Shown: positions 1-9,660 of the stretch, piece after piece
Layout: the number at the start of each line of letters is the position of its first letter
Numbering within the stretch: position 1 is the stretch's first letter
Source: Nitrospinota bacterium
GTDB lineage: Bacteria; UBA8248
Assembly (NCBI GenBank): GCA_030754595.1
Contig: JASLZZ010000129.1
Coordinates: 32,001 to 96,000 of the forward strand
Length of the DNA: 64,000 nucleotides
Direction: 5' to 3'
Program-made: the position numbers and the translations under genes
The notes under the pieces: generated by a model
Seen by the model: only the letters and a program-made list of their open reading frames with translations
Told to the model about the DNA's origin: nothing
Database searches by the model: none

Positions 1-2
1 GC

Positions 3-299
3 TCGCGAATGGCCGGGGCCACATGGCTGACCACCCTGTGGCGGATCACCATCCCACTCCTCAAGCCGGGGATCTTCGCCGGATGGGTCCTCCTTTTCGT
101 CATTTTCCTGCGCGAACTTTCAATCTCGATCATCCTTTATTCGGTGGGGACCGAAACGCTATCGGTGGGCGTCCTCTACCTCGCGGACTTCGAGGGGGAC
201 CCCTTGACCGCGGCGCTTGCGATCGTACAAACCATTATCCTCCTGGGCTGCATCATTCTCTTCCGGAAGGTCGCCGGAAAAGAGGCCCTCACCGCATAA
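3..299 (+). CDS. ABC transporter permease (Fe3+/polyamine type), C-terminal part; truncated by window start
   Basis: End of an EAA-loop-like segment (AGATWLTTLWRITIPLLKPG), further TM helices, directly upstream of ABC ATPases. Confidence 0.85.
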   Translation, partial: SRMAGATWLTTLWRITIPLLKPGIFAGWVLLFVIFLRELSISIILYSVGTETLSVGVLYLADFEGDPLTAALAIVQTIILLGCIILFRKVAGKEALTA

Positions 300-309
300 C
301 AGAGGAAAC

Positions 310-1428
310 ATGGAACACGTGATGAACACACTGAATAACGCCAGTTATCTGGAGATCGGGAATCTTGCCAAATATTTCGGCGACGACCGGGCGGTGGACG
401 GAATATCCTTCAACATACCTGAGGGAAAATTCCTCACCCTGCTCGGCCCCTCGGGTTGCGGCAAGACCACGACGCTGATGTGCATCGCCGGCCTCCTCAA
501 GCCCAACGCGGGGGAGATCACCGTCGGGGGGACCCCGTTCACCTCGACCGAAAAGAAAATCTTTCTGGCCCCCGAAAAGCGCGACATCGGGATGGTCTTC
601 CAGAGCTACGCCATCTGGCCCCATATGACCGTCGAGCAAAATATCTCCTATCCGCTCGAAATCAAGAAGGTCGACACCTCGGAGATTGAAGACCGCGTGA
701 TGGAAATCATCCGTCTGGTGGGGCTCGAGGATATGATCGGAAAGGACGCCACCCAGCTCTCGGGCGGCCAGCAGCAACGCACCGCCCTCGCCCGGGCCAT
801 CGTCTGCCGTCCGAGTCTCCTGCTTTTCGACGAGCCGCTGAGCAACCTCGACCTCAAGCTCCGCGAAAAGATGAGAGTCGAGCTCAAGCGGATTCAGCAC
901 GAGGTCGGAATCACCTCGGTTTACGTCACCCACGATCAGGCCGAGGCCCTCGTCATGAGCGACGAAATCATAGTCATGAGCAAGGGCCACATCGAGCAAA
1001 CCGGCGGGCCGCACGCCATCTACGCGCGCCCGGCCAACCGCTACGTGAGCAACTTCATCGGCATCGCCAACCTCATCAAGGGAAAAATCGCCCGGACGAC
1101 AGATTCCGGCCGGGCCGAGATCAAAGTCGACAAGGGCGGCGAGCGCGTCCTCCTCCCCTGCCTGCTGGGAGAGGGGCTCGAGCAGGGAGACGATGCCTTC
1201 CTCTCCGTGCGGCCCGAAAACGTCCACGCCGTCCGCGAGCGCCCCGAGGGCCCCTCGATGGAGGGCGAAATCATCCAGACCGTCTTTTTGGGAAACTACC
1301 TCGACTGCCGGGTGCGGTGGCAGGATTTCGAATGGAAGGTGCAGGCGCACCCCCGCGAGCGTTTGCGCCAGGGCGAGAGCGTTTTCGTGCGCCTCGACGC
1401 CGACCACACGCTGGCCGTACTGCCGTAA
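310..1428 (+). CDS. ABC transporter ATP-binding protein (PotA/FbpC-like, C-terminal TOBE region)
   Basis: Walker A GPSGCGKT, signature LSGGQQQR, Walker B LLFDEP, H-loop VTHDQ; ATG at 310 after AGAGGA. Confidence 0.93.
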   Translation: MEHVMNTLNNASYLEIGNLAKYFGDDRAVDGISFNIPEGKFLTLLGPSGCGKTTTLMCIAGLLKPNAGEITVGGTPFTSTEKKIFLAPEKRDIGMVFQSYAIWPHMTVEQNISYPLEIKKVDTSEIEDRVMEIIRLVGLEDMIGKDATQLSGGQQQRTALARAIVCRPSLLLFDEPLSNLDLKLREKMRVELKRIQHEVGITSVYVTHDQAEALVMSDEIIVMSKGHIEQTGGPHAIYARPANRYVSNFIGIANLIKGKIARTTDSGRAEIKVDKGGERVLLPCLLGEGLEQGDDAFLSVRPENVHAVRERPEGPSMEGEIIQTVFLGNYLDCRVRWQDFEWKVQAHPRERLRQGESVFVRLDADHTLAVLP

Positions 1429-1438
1429 GGAGAATCCC

Positions 1439-2539
1439 TTGTCATTCGTTGAGATCGAAAGCCTGGTCAAGCGCTTCGGCGAGGAGGTCGCCGTCGCCGG
1501 AATCGACCTGAACATCGAAAAAGGCGAGTTCGTAACCCTCCTCGGCCCCTCGGGCTGCGGAAAGACCACCACCCTCCGCTGCATCGCCGGGCTCGAGCGC
1601 CCCGATACCGGGGAGATTCGGATCGAAGGCGAGGTGCTCGCCTCCGCCGAGAAAAGCATTTACCTGACCCCAGAGGACCGCAACCTCGGCATGGTGTTCC
1701 AGAGCTACGCCGTCTGGCCGCACATGACGGTGTTCGACAACGTGTCCTTCGGCCTGAAAATCCGCCGCGTCGGGGCCAAAGAGACGAAGGAGAAAACCAA
1801 CAAGGCCCTCGATCTCGTCGGCCTCGCCCATCTGACCGACCGCTTCGCGACAAAACTCTCGGGCGGGCAGCGACAGCGCGTCGCCCTCGCCCGCGCCATC
1901 GTCTACGGGCCGCGGGTCGTCCTGTTCGACGAGCCGCTGAGCAACCTCGACGCCAAGCTGCGCGAGCAGATGCGCATCGAGCTCGTCCGCCTTCAGCACG
2001 AGGTGGGCATCACCTCGATCTACGTCACGCACGACCAGACCGAGGCCCTCGTCATGAGCGACCGCGTCGTGGTCATGGACAAGGGCGTGATTCAACAGAT
2101 CGGCGACCCCGAGACCATCTACGCCCGTCCGGCGAATTCTTTCGTGGCGAACTTCATCGGGGCGGCGAACCTGCTGGAGGGGAAATTCCTGGGGCGCGAG
2201 GGCGAACTCGCCGATTTGGAAATTTCCGCCGGCGAGAGCCGCCCGCCAATCCGGCTCAAGGCGCCCGGCGCCGAGGGCGCCGCAGCGGGCCAGCGCGTCA
2301 TCCTGAGCCTGCGCCCCGAGGACGTGAGCCTCCTCCTCGAGGCGCCCGCCGCGCCCGGCCCCAACCTGCTTGAAGGGGAAATCATCGACACCGTTTACCA
2401 GGGAAATTTTCTGGACTGCCAGGTCCGCGTCGGTCCCCACGAAGTGGGCGTCCAGATGGACCATTTCGAGCAGCTCGCCCCCGGCCAAAAGGTCTATCTC
2501 GCCTTCGAGCCGGACCACGGTCTCCTTCTCACCGAGTAA
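1439..2539 (+). CDS. Second ABC transporter ATP-binding protein (paralog of the preceding gene)
   Basis: [30 protein letters not shown] start at 1439 after AGGAG. Confidence 0.92.
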   Translation: MSFVEIESLVKRFGEEVAVAGIDLNIEKGEFVTLLGPSGCGKTTTLRCIAGLERPDTGEIRIEGEVLASAEKSIYLTPEDRNLGMVFQSYAVWPHMTVFDNVSFGLKIRRVGAKETKEKTNKALDLVGLAHLTDRFATKLSGGQRQRVALARAIVYGPRVVLFDEPLSNLDAKLREQMRIELVRLQHEVGITSIYVTHDQTEALVMSDRVVVMDKGVIQQIGDPETIYARPANSFVANFIGAANLLEGKFLGREGELADLEISAGESRPPIRLKAPGAEGAAAGQRVILSLRPEDVSLLLEAPAAPGPNLLEGEIIDTVYQGNFLDCQVRVGPHEVGVQMDHFEQLAPGQKVYLAFEPDHGLLLTE

Positions 2540-2546
2540 ACGCCAC

Positions 2547-3644
2547 ATGGCCACCCGAAGCGCGCGCCAGACCGCCCTGCTCGCCGGGGGAGATGTCGCT
2601 ATCAACCGCCCCCGCGCCCGAGGCGCTTTCGGGCCGCTGACCCCCCTCTTCCAAAAAGCGGGCGTCGCCTTCGTCAACCTCGAGCTGCCCCTCTCGCGCG
2701 GCGGCAGGGCCCAGCCCGAGAAAATCCTCCTTCGCGGCGCCCCCGAGATGGCCGGCGCCCTGACCGAGGCCCGATTCGACGCGCTCGCGCTCGCCAACAA
2801 CCACATGCTCGACTACGGCGAGGAGGCCCTGCTCGACACCCTCGCCCTTCTGGAGGAGAGCGGGCTCCCCTCAGCCGGGGCGGGACCCCACCTCGCCGCC
2901 GCCCGGCGGGCCGCCGCGATCGAGCGGGGCGGCCTCAAAATCGGTCTCTTGGCCTTTTCCTCGATCATCCCCCGGGGGTTCTCGGCCGGGCCGGGAAAAC
3001 CGGGCATCAATCCTCTCCGGGCGCACACCGCCTACGAGACGTGGCGGGACGTGAACGAATATCCCGGCACCCTCCCCAAGGTGGCCACCTGGGCCGACGA
3101 GAAGGATCTGGGGCGAATGAAGCGCGACATCCGCGCCCTAAAGCGCCGGGCCGACGCCGTTATCGTGAACCACCACTGGGGGACGAGCATGACCCACAAA
3201 ACCCAAGATTTTCAGACCGAGCTCGCCCGCGCCTCGATCGACGCCGGCGCCGACCTCGTCCTCGGCGGACATCCCCATGTCCTTCAGGGGGTGGAGTTCT
3301 ATAAAGACACCCCCATCGTCTACAGCATGGGGAACCTGATCTTCGACTTTCACATTCCCCATTTCACCGCCTCCTCGAAGCAGACCTTTCTCTTCGGCTG
3401 CACCCTCACGAAAAAAGGGGTCCGGGACCCCCACCTGATTCCCTGCTGGAGCGGGGACTTCGAGAAACCCACCCTCCTCTCCCCCCGGCACGGTCGGGGC
3501 AAGGCCATAGCCGCCTTCATGCGCGACCTCAGCGAGCCCCTCGGAACACAACTCGAAATCAGGGGCGATCGAGTGGCGCTCATGCCGGGAGAAGTCACCG
3601 GCTCGTCCCGCGACGGCACCGCCGCCTACTTCGGCAAAAAATAA
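2547..3644 (+). CDS. CapA/PGA_cap family metallophosphoesterase-fold protein
   Basis: Motifs GD, NLE, ANNHxxDYG, HWG, GGHPH, YSMGNLIF. Confidence 0.88.
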   Translation: MATRSARQTALLAGGDVAINRPRARGAFGPLTPLFQKAGVAFVNLELPLSRGGRAQPEKILLRGAPEMAGALTEARFDALALANNHMLDYGEEALLDTLALLEESGLPSAGAGPHLAAARRAAAIERGGLKIGLLAFSSIIPRGFSAGPGKPGINPLRAHTAYETWRDVNEYPGTLPKVATWADEKDLGRMKRDIRALKRRADAVIVNHHWGTSMTHKTQDFQTELARASIDAGADLVLGGHPHVLQGVEFYKDTPIVYSMGNLIFDFHIPHFTASSKQTFLFGCTLTKKGVRDPHLIPCWSGDFEKPTLLSPRHGRGKAIAAFMRDLSEPLGTQLEIRGDRVALMPGEVTGSSRDGTAAYFGKK

Positions 3645-3725
3645 CCCGCCGTTCCTCCCCCGCCACTGGCGGCGCGGTTGCCAGAGCCTCCGGAATTCGC
3701 TAATCAATGGGCAGGCAACGGCGCC

Positions 3726-3757
3726 CGGGTGTCAACGACACCCGAGTGTCAACGACA
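3726..3757. promoter_or_regulatory. Tandem palindromic TGTC-N3-GACA boxes (putative operator)
   Basis: TGTCAACGACA occurs at 3730-3740 and 3747-3757; the first extends to a perfect inverted repeat CGGGTGTC-AAC-GACACCCG (3726-3744). Confidence 0.5.
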
Positions 3758-3778
3758 TCTGAGCGGGAGCACATCCGC

Positions 3779-4159
3779 GTGGCAAAACCCCCGAAAAAAG
3801 AAACCTTCACCACCCGGCTCCTGCCCCACACAGCCAAATTTGTCCGCGGACTCGCCAAGAGCGAAAAGGTCCTCGTCTCGACTATCATCTCCGAGCTCGT
3901 CGAGGAGACGATACAAGCCCGCGTGAAAAATCTCCTCCCGGCGGCCGCCGATAGCCGCCCTTCGCCGCCTCAGCCCAAAGCGACCTCCACTCCCAAAGCG
4001 CCCCCGGGTAACCCCCACGGCACGCTGCGCAATCAGGCCGAGGCGACCGAACTCATCCTCAAGGAAATCCGCCGCCGGGGCGGCCATCCCGACCTCGAGG
4101 CCCGGCTCGAGCAATCCATCCGCGATTTCTGGGAAAAGAAAAAAGAGGCGGGGGCCTAG
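3779..4159 (+). CDS. Small protein with an N-terminal ribbon-helix-helix-like DNA-binding domain
   Basis: GTG at 3779 after GGGAG; (M)AKPPKKETFTTRLLPHTAKFVRGLAKSEKVLVSTIISELVEE fits the beta-alpha-alpha CopG/Arc pattern; Pro-rich linker and helical C-terminus. Confidence 0.55.
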   Translation: MAKPPKKETFTTRLLPHTAKFVRGLAKSEKVLVSTIISELVEETIQARVKNLLPAAADSRPSPPQPKATSTPKAPPGNPHGTLRNQAEATELILKEIRRRGGHPDLEARLEQSIRDFWEKKKEAGA

Positions 4160-4236
4160 GACCGCGGACTTCAAATTCAACATCGCTTTGGGCAAGACAG
4201 AATGCCATCCCGCCGGGCCACGCGCCGGGGGTGAAA

Positions 4237-5214
4237 TCAGCGGCGCGGCTCGTTCCCGCTTCCGGAGCCCTCCGCCGAGAGAATCTCGAAAATCTCTCGC
4301 TGGATAGCGGGGCTGTGGGGCGCGTCCCGGTGCCTGATCCCGCGTCTGACATTGACGCTGTGGCGAAAATGGCGCCGGAGTTTGCATTTCGTAAAGGAGG
4401 ACGCCTCCTCCAAATCCTGGCTTTTAAGGCTGACGGTGCCGTCTCCATCTATAGGCGCTTTGAGTGAGACAAGGGAGCGTAGAAGCCACCAGGGGGACCA
4501 TCGCTGCCTTTTTCGCGGAGAGGCGGAAACGATGATGGAATGAAAGTTCACCTCGCAGGAAACGGGGAGGGAGTTCAGGCGTCTGAGATCGGGGCCTCCC
4601 CCCTCGCTCAAGGTGCGCTGGGCGTACCAGCCCATGACAGAGGGTATCGAATCCGCGAGAGGGCTTCCCAGGTGGGGAGCGGCGATCATCACCAGATTCG
4701 CCACATCATCCTCATAACTCAACGAGCTGACGCGACTTCCGTCCTTCAAATCCATCTCCTGAAGATAGGCGCGGGCAACGAGAGCGCCCATGCTGTGGGA
4801 AATAATATCGACCTTGCCCGCGTTAAAGCGTTTTTTTGTCTTGTCGATCCACATTTTCAAAATCCGGGCATTTTCAACCAGGCTCGCATTTCTCGTATCG
4901 GCGAATGTATTCAGGTAAATATTCGGAAAACCACGGGATTTGAGAAAATCAACCATGCTTATCGTTTCCGGGATGCCGTTTCCGTGACCGTCGTCCGCCA
5001 CGGCCCACATCCGGGCGGAGCGGTTCAGCCCATGAACCAGAATAATGGGTCTTTTCTGTGCGGAGCCGGCTCCCGAATACCACCTTTCAAGGGGTTGCCT
5101 CGAATGTTGGGAAATCCGGTAGGCCCCCCACGCAAGCAAAAGGCCCGCGCCAATCAGAAGCACAAGGAGAAGCCCAATCAGTATTTTGAGGAATGTCGAG
5201 AAAATATGTTTCAT
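4237..5214 (-). CDS. Membrane-anchored alpha/beta-hydrolase (lipase/esterase-like)
   Basis: N-terminal TM helix, LVHGL oxyanion motif, SHSMG nucleophile elbow, APHLGS, DGTV. Confidence 0.8.
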   Translation of the reverse strand: MKHIFSTFLKILIGLLLVLLIGAGLLLAWGAYRISQHSRQPLERWYSGAGSAQKRPIILVHGLNRSARMWAVADDGHGNGIPETISMVDFLKSRGFPNIYLNTFADTRNASLVENARILKMWIDKTKKRFNAGKVDIISHSMGALVARAYLQEMDLKDGSRVSSLSYEDDVANLVMIAAPHLGSPLADSIPSVMGWYAQRTLSEGGGPDLRRLNSLPVSCEVNFHSIIVSASPRKRQRWSPWWLLRSLVSLKAPIDGDGTVSLKSQDLEEASSFTKCKLRRHFRHSVNVRRGIRHRDAPHSPAIQREIFEILSAEGSGSGNEPRR

Positions 5215-5386
5215 GTGGTCTATGTCGGGGACGAAATGGCCCTTCCGGAAATCTTCTCCCGGTGAATTTGAGTTTCAGGCTATGGACAACGCTCGATTAA
5301 ACCACAAAATGATGCCGTAAGCTCTGAGAAGCAGCCAGTTCCCGGATTTAACCGGTTTAATGGTTGTGTCTCCCGCCTGAAAGCCA

Positions 5387-5402
5387 TGTGTGTTACTTCA
5401 CA
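5387..5402. promoter_or_regulatory. CRP/FNR-family-like binding site
   Basis: TGTGT-GTTACT-TCACA, one mismatch to TGTGA-N6-TCACA, in a divergent intergenic region. Confidence 0.35.
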
Positions 5403-5495
5403 CCTTTTCTGTGATCCAAGCCCTCTCGCAAGCGAGCAAAAAGGCCGATAATAGTAGTGAGGCCGCAGGGGGCTTCCATCCAAGGAGGAGGTGTG

Positions 5496-5804
5496 TTGAG
5501 ACCACGCTACCTGCTTTTGTCACTGTTATCCGGTTTTTTCCTGCTCGCATCCACACACGAAGCCGGCGCGGACCGTATTTCCGATATCTTGGACAGCGTC
5601 AAGGGCGGCGGCAGGTCAAAGACCAGGACTGCCGTAAGTATCGTCAAGAAAAACAACGGCCTAATGCCTCATGACAGCCACGCGGCGGAAAATTCGGACT
5701 GGATTGATGTCACCGATCAATTCAGGCGGGCGGGGAAAATCCGAAAGGCCACCCTTGGCCCGTCCTCGACAGTTCACATCCAAAATAGACCGCTCGCGGA
5801 ATAA
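5496..5804 (+). CDS. Hypothetical secreted protein
   Basis: Strong RBS AGGAGGAGG before TTG at 5496; signal-peptide-like N-terminus ending AGA. Confidence 0.5.
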   Translation: MRPRYLLLSLLSGFFLLASTHEAGADRISDILDSVKGGGRSKTRTAVSIVKKNNGLMPHDSHAAENSDWIDVTDQFRRAGKIRKATLGPSSTVHIQNRPLAE

Positions 5805-6067
5805 GTCCGGGACCTGCGAACAACCCTCTTGCCGCCGGAATAGGGCCGCGACCGGCCGCCCTTCCCCCGGAAACTCCGCGTCAGATAATTGCCCCCCTTT
5901 GTCAGGAAACCAGCATCGGAACCGGGAAAATCTGCCGAGAATTCAAATCTCCCTCCGATAATTACCCAGTCGCCCGAAATATAAATTTTTGGAGAATCCA
6001 TTGATTTTGCTCGCACATGAGCCATCAGAGAGCAAATATCTGAAAAATATAAGCCTTTGCCCCTAAA

Positions 6068-6083
6068 TGGCACGAATCTGGCT
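6068..6083 (+). promoter_or_regulatory. Sigma-54 (-24/-12) promoter candidate
   Basis: TGGCAC-GAATC-TGGCT, exact GG-N10-GC spacing, with AT-rich DNA upstream. Confidence 0.5.
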
Positions 6084-6160
6084 TCATTGATGAGCAGTAT
6101 GGTATGAGCGGCCTGAAAAAGTGCCACAAAAACGATTTTTCGAGGAAGGGGATTTTATCA

Positions 6161-6364
6161 ATGAATTTTCACAACGAAGAAGAGGTCTTTCATCCGTACG
6201 ACGGAGGGAAAATCCACGTCCTCGACACTGTGTCGGATTTAGACATTCACCTAATCGAGTGCGAGAATTTCCAGGAAATTAAAGAGTACGATTTCGGATC
6301 ATCCGATAAACGGGACATCCTTGCCCTGGAAGAAAAGGCGTTTCCCTTTCCCGAGAATTTTTGA
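6161..6364 (+). CDS. Small acidic hypothetical protein (67 aa)
   Basis: ATG after a purine-rich GAGGAAGGGG stretch; natural-looking acidic composition; follows the sigma-54-like motif. Confidence 0.55.
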   Translation: MNFHNEEEVFHPYDGGKIHVLDTVSDLDIHLIECENFQEIKEYDFGSSDKRDILALEEKAFPFPENF

Positions 6365-6380
6365 GCGAAACCTACCGCGG

Positions 6381-7511
6381 CTAGCGATTCCAGAACATCA
6401 ACCACTGCAACCATCCCATTTCGGGCACATCCTCGGCAGCGAGAAGATCGACCTTGGCGAGGACCTTCTTCCCCAGGCGGGCTTCGATCTCACCCAGTCT
6501 ATCCCCTTTTTTGACGGGAGCCTTGATCGGTAGAGGCACCTGAAGATGGGTCGTGATCCCCGGCGCCCTCAGCCGCTTGACCACCACCGCTACCCCTCTG
6601 GCCGGAGTGGCGCGCACGGTCTTCTTTTCCCCGCCCTCAACGGGCAATGAGCGGCCAGTTTTTTCCAGGACGGCGAAGAGTTTCATTTTCCTGTAGAGCC
6701 GAAAACCTTCCAAGAGAAGTTTGCGGGTTTCGCGGGTACGTTGCTTACTGCGAGGGGAGCCTAGCACCACGGCGATCAACCGCATCCCATCCCGCACCGC
6801 CGTAGCGCAAATGTTAAAGCCCGCCTCCTTGAAATAACCCGTCTTGATCCCGTCCATGCCGTTAAACATTCGCAGGAGAGTCCGGTTCGTGTTGTAAAGG
6901 GTGAACTTCCCGCCCCGGAACGTGTCTTTCCAAATACGTGTCTGCTTCAGGATGAGAAGGTGCTTGACGATTTCCCGGCCGAGAAGGGCAGTGTCGTAAG
7001 CAGTGGTGTAATCCGGCCTCTTGCCCGGGTCGGGCGGAAGGCCGTGGACGCTCTCGTAATGCGTGTTTTTCATCCCGAGTTCTCGCGCCCGTTGGTTCAT
7101 CAGGCTGACCATGCTCTCGGAGGTGCCGGCAAGGTGCTCGGCGATGGCGAAAGCGGCGTCGTTGGCCGAAGCGATGCTCAAGGCCTTAAAAAGCGCGCTC
7201 AGGGGAAAACGCTCGTCATGTTTCAGGAAAACCTGGGATCCGCCCATCCGGCTCGCCTCGGGCGATGTGGTCACTTCATCATTCAAGGAAAACGCTCCCC
7301 GCTCGATCCCTTCGGCGACAAGAAGCATCAACATCATCTTCACGATGGAAGCCGGGATATGTTGGGCGTCGGGCCGGTGGGCCTTGAGAACCTGGCCGGT
7401 TTCGGCTTCGATGAGAATGGCCGATTTGTGGGGAGTGTCATCGGGGGCCGCGGCGCCGACCGGAGACGCGGAAAAGGCGCTGAAAAAAACGAAAAAACAC
7501 CACAACGGCAT
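6381..7511 (-). CDS. dacA: D-alanyl-D-alanine carboxypeptidase (peptidase S11, PBP5/6-like); start approximate
   Basis: PASIVK (SxxK), SAN (SxN), KTG motifs; PBP5 C-terminal domain; signal peptide. Confidence 0.9.
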   Translation of the reverse strand: MPLWCFFVFFSAFSASPVGAAAPDDTPHKSAILIEAETGQVLKAHRPDAQHIPASIVKMMLMLLVAEGIERGAFSLNDEVTTSPEASRMGGSQVFLKHDERFPLSALFKALSIASANDAAFAIAEHLAGTSESMVSLMNQRARELGMKNTHYESVHGLPPDPGKRPDYTTAYDTALLGREIVKHLLILKQTRIWKDTFRGGKFTLYNTNRTLLRMFNGMDGIKTGYFKEAGFNICATAVRDGMRLIAVVLGSPRSKQRTRETRKLLLEGFRLYRKMKLFAVLEKTGRSLPVEGGEKKTVRATPARGVAVVVKRLRAPGITTHLQVPLPIKAPVKKGDRLGEIEARLGKKVLAKVDLLAAEDVPEMGWLQWLMFWNR

Positions 7512-7806
7512 GTGGCGTTTACGCATGATTAATTGACGCATATCATGCATTTGCCTTCTTTTTGATCCGGGCAAGTATTGTCGAAAAAGTACCAAAAATT
7601 CTCTCATTCGGCATGGACCTTCGGGGAGGCACACCGCCTTCCCTCCTGGCCGCCTGACTGCGATGGAGGGCAGGATATTGTTGCGCCGCCGTTTACGCAA
7701 CCCCCTTTTTTCACTAAAATGAACTCATCCAAAGGTTATTATTATTCAAACACCGGGAAAACCCGGGAAGCTATCGCCCCCCTATCACCCAGGAGCGGGG
7801 TTCAAT

Positions 7807-8322
7807 ATGACAGAAGAACAAGCGCTACTCAGTCCCGAAGTGGTGGTCCAGGATTTGAAGGAAAACGGCGTCACCCACGTCGTTTGGCTCCCCGACAGCG
7901 AAACTAACTTTTTGTATATGTTAATGAAGGAGGAACCCAAGCTGGACCTTGTGCCGGTGGGCCGGGAGGGCAACGCCTTCTCCACCGCGGCGGGGCTGTC
8001 GGTGGGAGGCGCGAAGCCCGTCATTTTGATTCAGAACACCGGCATGATGGAATCCGGCGATTCGATGCGCGGCTGGGCGTTGGCGCTGAATATTCCCATA
8101 GTGATAATGATCGGGTATCGAGGCTGGACCCGCCACGGCAAAACCCAGGATACCGCCGCCATCTACATCGAGCCCTTTTTAAACGCGTTCAACATTAAAT
8201 ATTTCCTGATCGAAAATAACGACGACGCGCCGAGGATCTCCTGGGCTTTCGAGGAAGCGGAAAAAACGCAGCGGGCCGTGGCGGTCCTCATCGGCGACGA
8301 ATACCACGGATTCCATCGATAA
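7807..8322 (+). CDS. ThDP-dependent decarboxylase alpha subunit (sulfopyruvate/phosphonopyruvate decarboxylase-like)
   Basis: LPDS, REG, IQNTG, IGYRG motifs of the ComD-type Pyr domain. Confidence 0.78.
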   Translation: MTEEQALLSPEVVVQDLKENGVTHVVWLPDSETNFLYMLMKEEPKLDLVPVGREGNAFSTAAGLSVGGAKPVILIQNTGMMESGDSMRGWALALNIPIVIMIGYRGWTRHGKTQDTAAIYIEPFLNAFNIKYFLIENNDDAPRISWAFEEAEKTQRAVAVLIGDEYHGFHR

Positions 8323-8372
8323 TATTATCCCGCTTCCCAACGCGGGAGCACAGCGCCAGGAGGCTTCGAATC

Positions 8373-8960
8373 ATGCGCACGGAAGACATGCTCAAAATCC
8401 TCCACCAGTACCGCGAGGACGCGATCGTCATACCCGGGCGGGGCGGAAACCATTGGATCAAAATGAGCACGAAACCCGAAAGGGATCTGGCCTTCAGGGG
8501 AACCGCGATGGGCGGCCGCTCCTCGTTCGCGCTCGGTCTCGCGCTCGCCCGCCCGGATGAAAAGATAATCCTGCTCGACTCGGAGGGCGACATTCTGATG
8601 GGTCTGGGGGCCTTGGCGACCATCGCGGATAAGCGCCCCAGTAATCTGTACCACTTCATACTGGACAATGAATGCTACGCCACGACCGGCGGGCAGCCGG
8701 TCCCCAACGCGAAGAAAATTCGATACGACCTCCTCGCGCAAGGGGCGGGCTATCCTTCCAGCCATGCCTTCGACGAGCTGGATGATTTTTCGAGCAATAT
8801 CGAGGCGATACTCAACGAACCGGGCCCGGTCTTCGTGAGCGCGAAAGTCGAGCCCGAGATCGTCAACGAACCCATCGCAACGCGAAGGCGCTGGCAAACC
8901 CGCTCGAACGAGCAGGTCATCGTCGATTTCAAAAACGCACTGGGTCCAAGGGCCGCCTAA
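8373..8960 (+). CDS. ThDP-dependent decarboxylase beta subunit (ComE-like)
   Basis: AMG, DSEGDILMGLG...LDNECYATTGGQP ThDP-binding motif variant. Confidence 0.8.
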   Translation: MRTEDMLKILHQYREDAIVIPGRGGNHWIKMSTKPERDLAFRGTAMGGRSSFALGLALARPDEKIILLDSEGDILMGLGALATIADKRPSNLYHFILDNECYATTGGQPVPNAKKIRYDLLAQGAGYPSSHAFDELDDFSSNIEAILNEPGPVFVSAKVEPEIVNEPIATRRRWQTRSNEQVIVDFKNALGPRAA

Positions 8961-9021
8961 GGGCAGCTCGTTTTTCAAAAACATCCCGCCCCGGCAAAAA
9001 AACCATTTGCCGGAGCGCTCG

Positions 9022-9588
9022 CTATTCCGGCTGCTCCCTCGGGGAGTCCGGCAACGCCTCGGCGTCGATGAGGATGAACGCGATCCGGCAGGGCGCATCG
9101 CTCCTGTTGGACCAGGCGTGATTCGTCCCCCGCTGGATAAGGACATCGCCGGGGCCCATTTTCGTCTCGCCGACGTCCATCATGGCGTACACCTCGCCCT
9201 TGAGTACGATGGCGTAGTCGAGGGTGCGCGTTTTGTGAAATCCGGGATGGCGGCTCGATGCGCCCGCCGCGTAGGCGCCCTCGCCCCCGTATTGGGAAGC
9301 GGTGCCCGCTCTGTCCATCCCGACCCCGAAGCGCACATCGTCGGGCGGCATGTCGATGATCCTGAAAACATTTCCCCGCTCCGGGGGATCGAGATTAACC
9401 GGCCTTTCGGCAGCGTCGGCGTCGCCCGCGTTCGAGGCCGGGGCACCGTCCGCCGCCCAGAGCTCATGCCAGATGAAGCCGGGGATGCCTTTGACTTCCA
9501 AGCTGTCCGGGGCCGCCCGATCCTCGAGTATCACCGACTCGCCCCGCTCGTTGTGCCCGGTGAGTATCCGCCTGAACGATTCGCTCAT
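9022..9588 (-). CDS. Cupin domain protein
   Basis: RRILTGH, FHKTRTLDYAIVLKGE, GDVLIQRGTNHAWSN. Confidence 0.85.
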   Translation of the reverse strand: MSESFRRILTGHNERGESVILEDRAAPDSLEVKGIPGFIWHELWAADGAPASNAGDADAAERPVNLDPPERGNVFRIIDMPPDDVRFGVGMDRAGTASQYGGEGAYAAGASSRHPGFHKTRTLDYAIVLKGEVYAMMDVGETKMGPGDVLIQRGTNHAWSNRSDAPCRIAFILIDAEALPDSPREQPE

Positions 9589-9660
9589 ATTATTATTCCT
9601 TAAGTGTATGGGTGGTCTAATTCAAAACCGCCGCTTCGATTGCGAGGGCCGGAAACGCCA

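Noticed and set aside
289..2806. Two minus-strand ORFs of about 455 aa
   Set aside because: Antisense to clear ABC ATPase genes.
2547..3644. Poly-gamma-glutamate capsule locus
   Set aside because: Only a CapA-family domain is present; capB and capC are absent.
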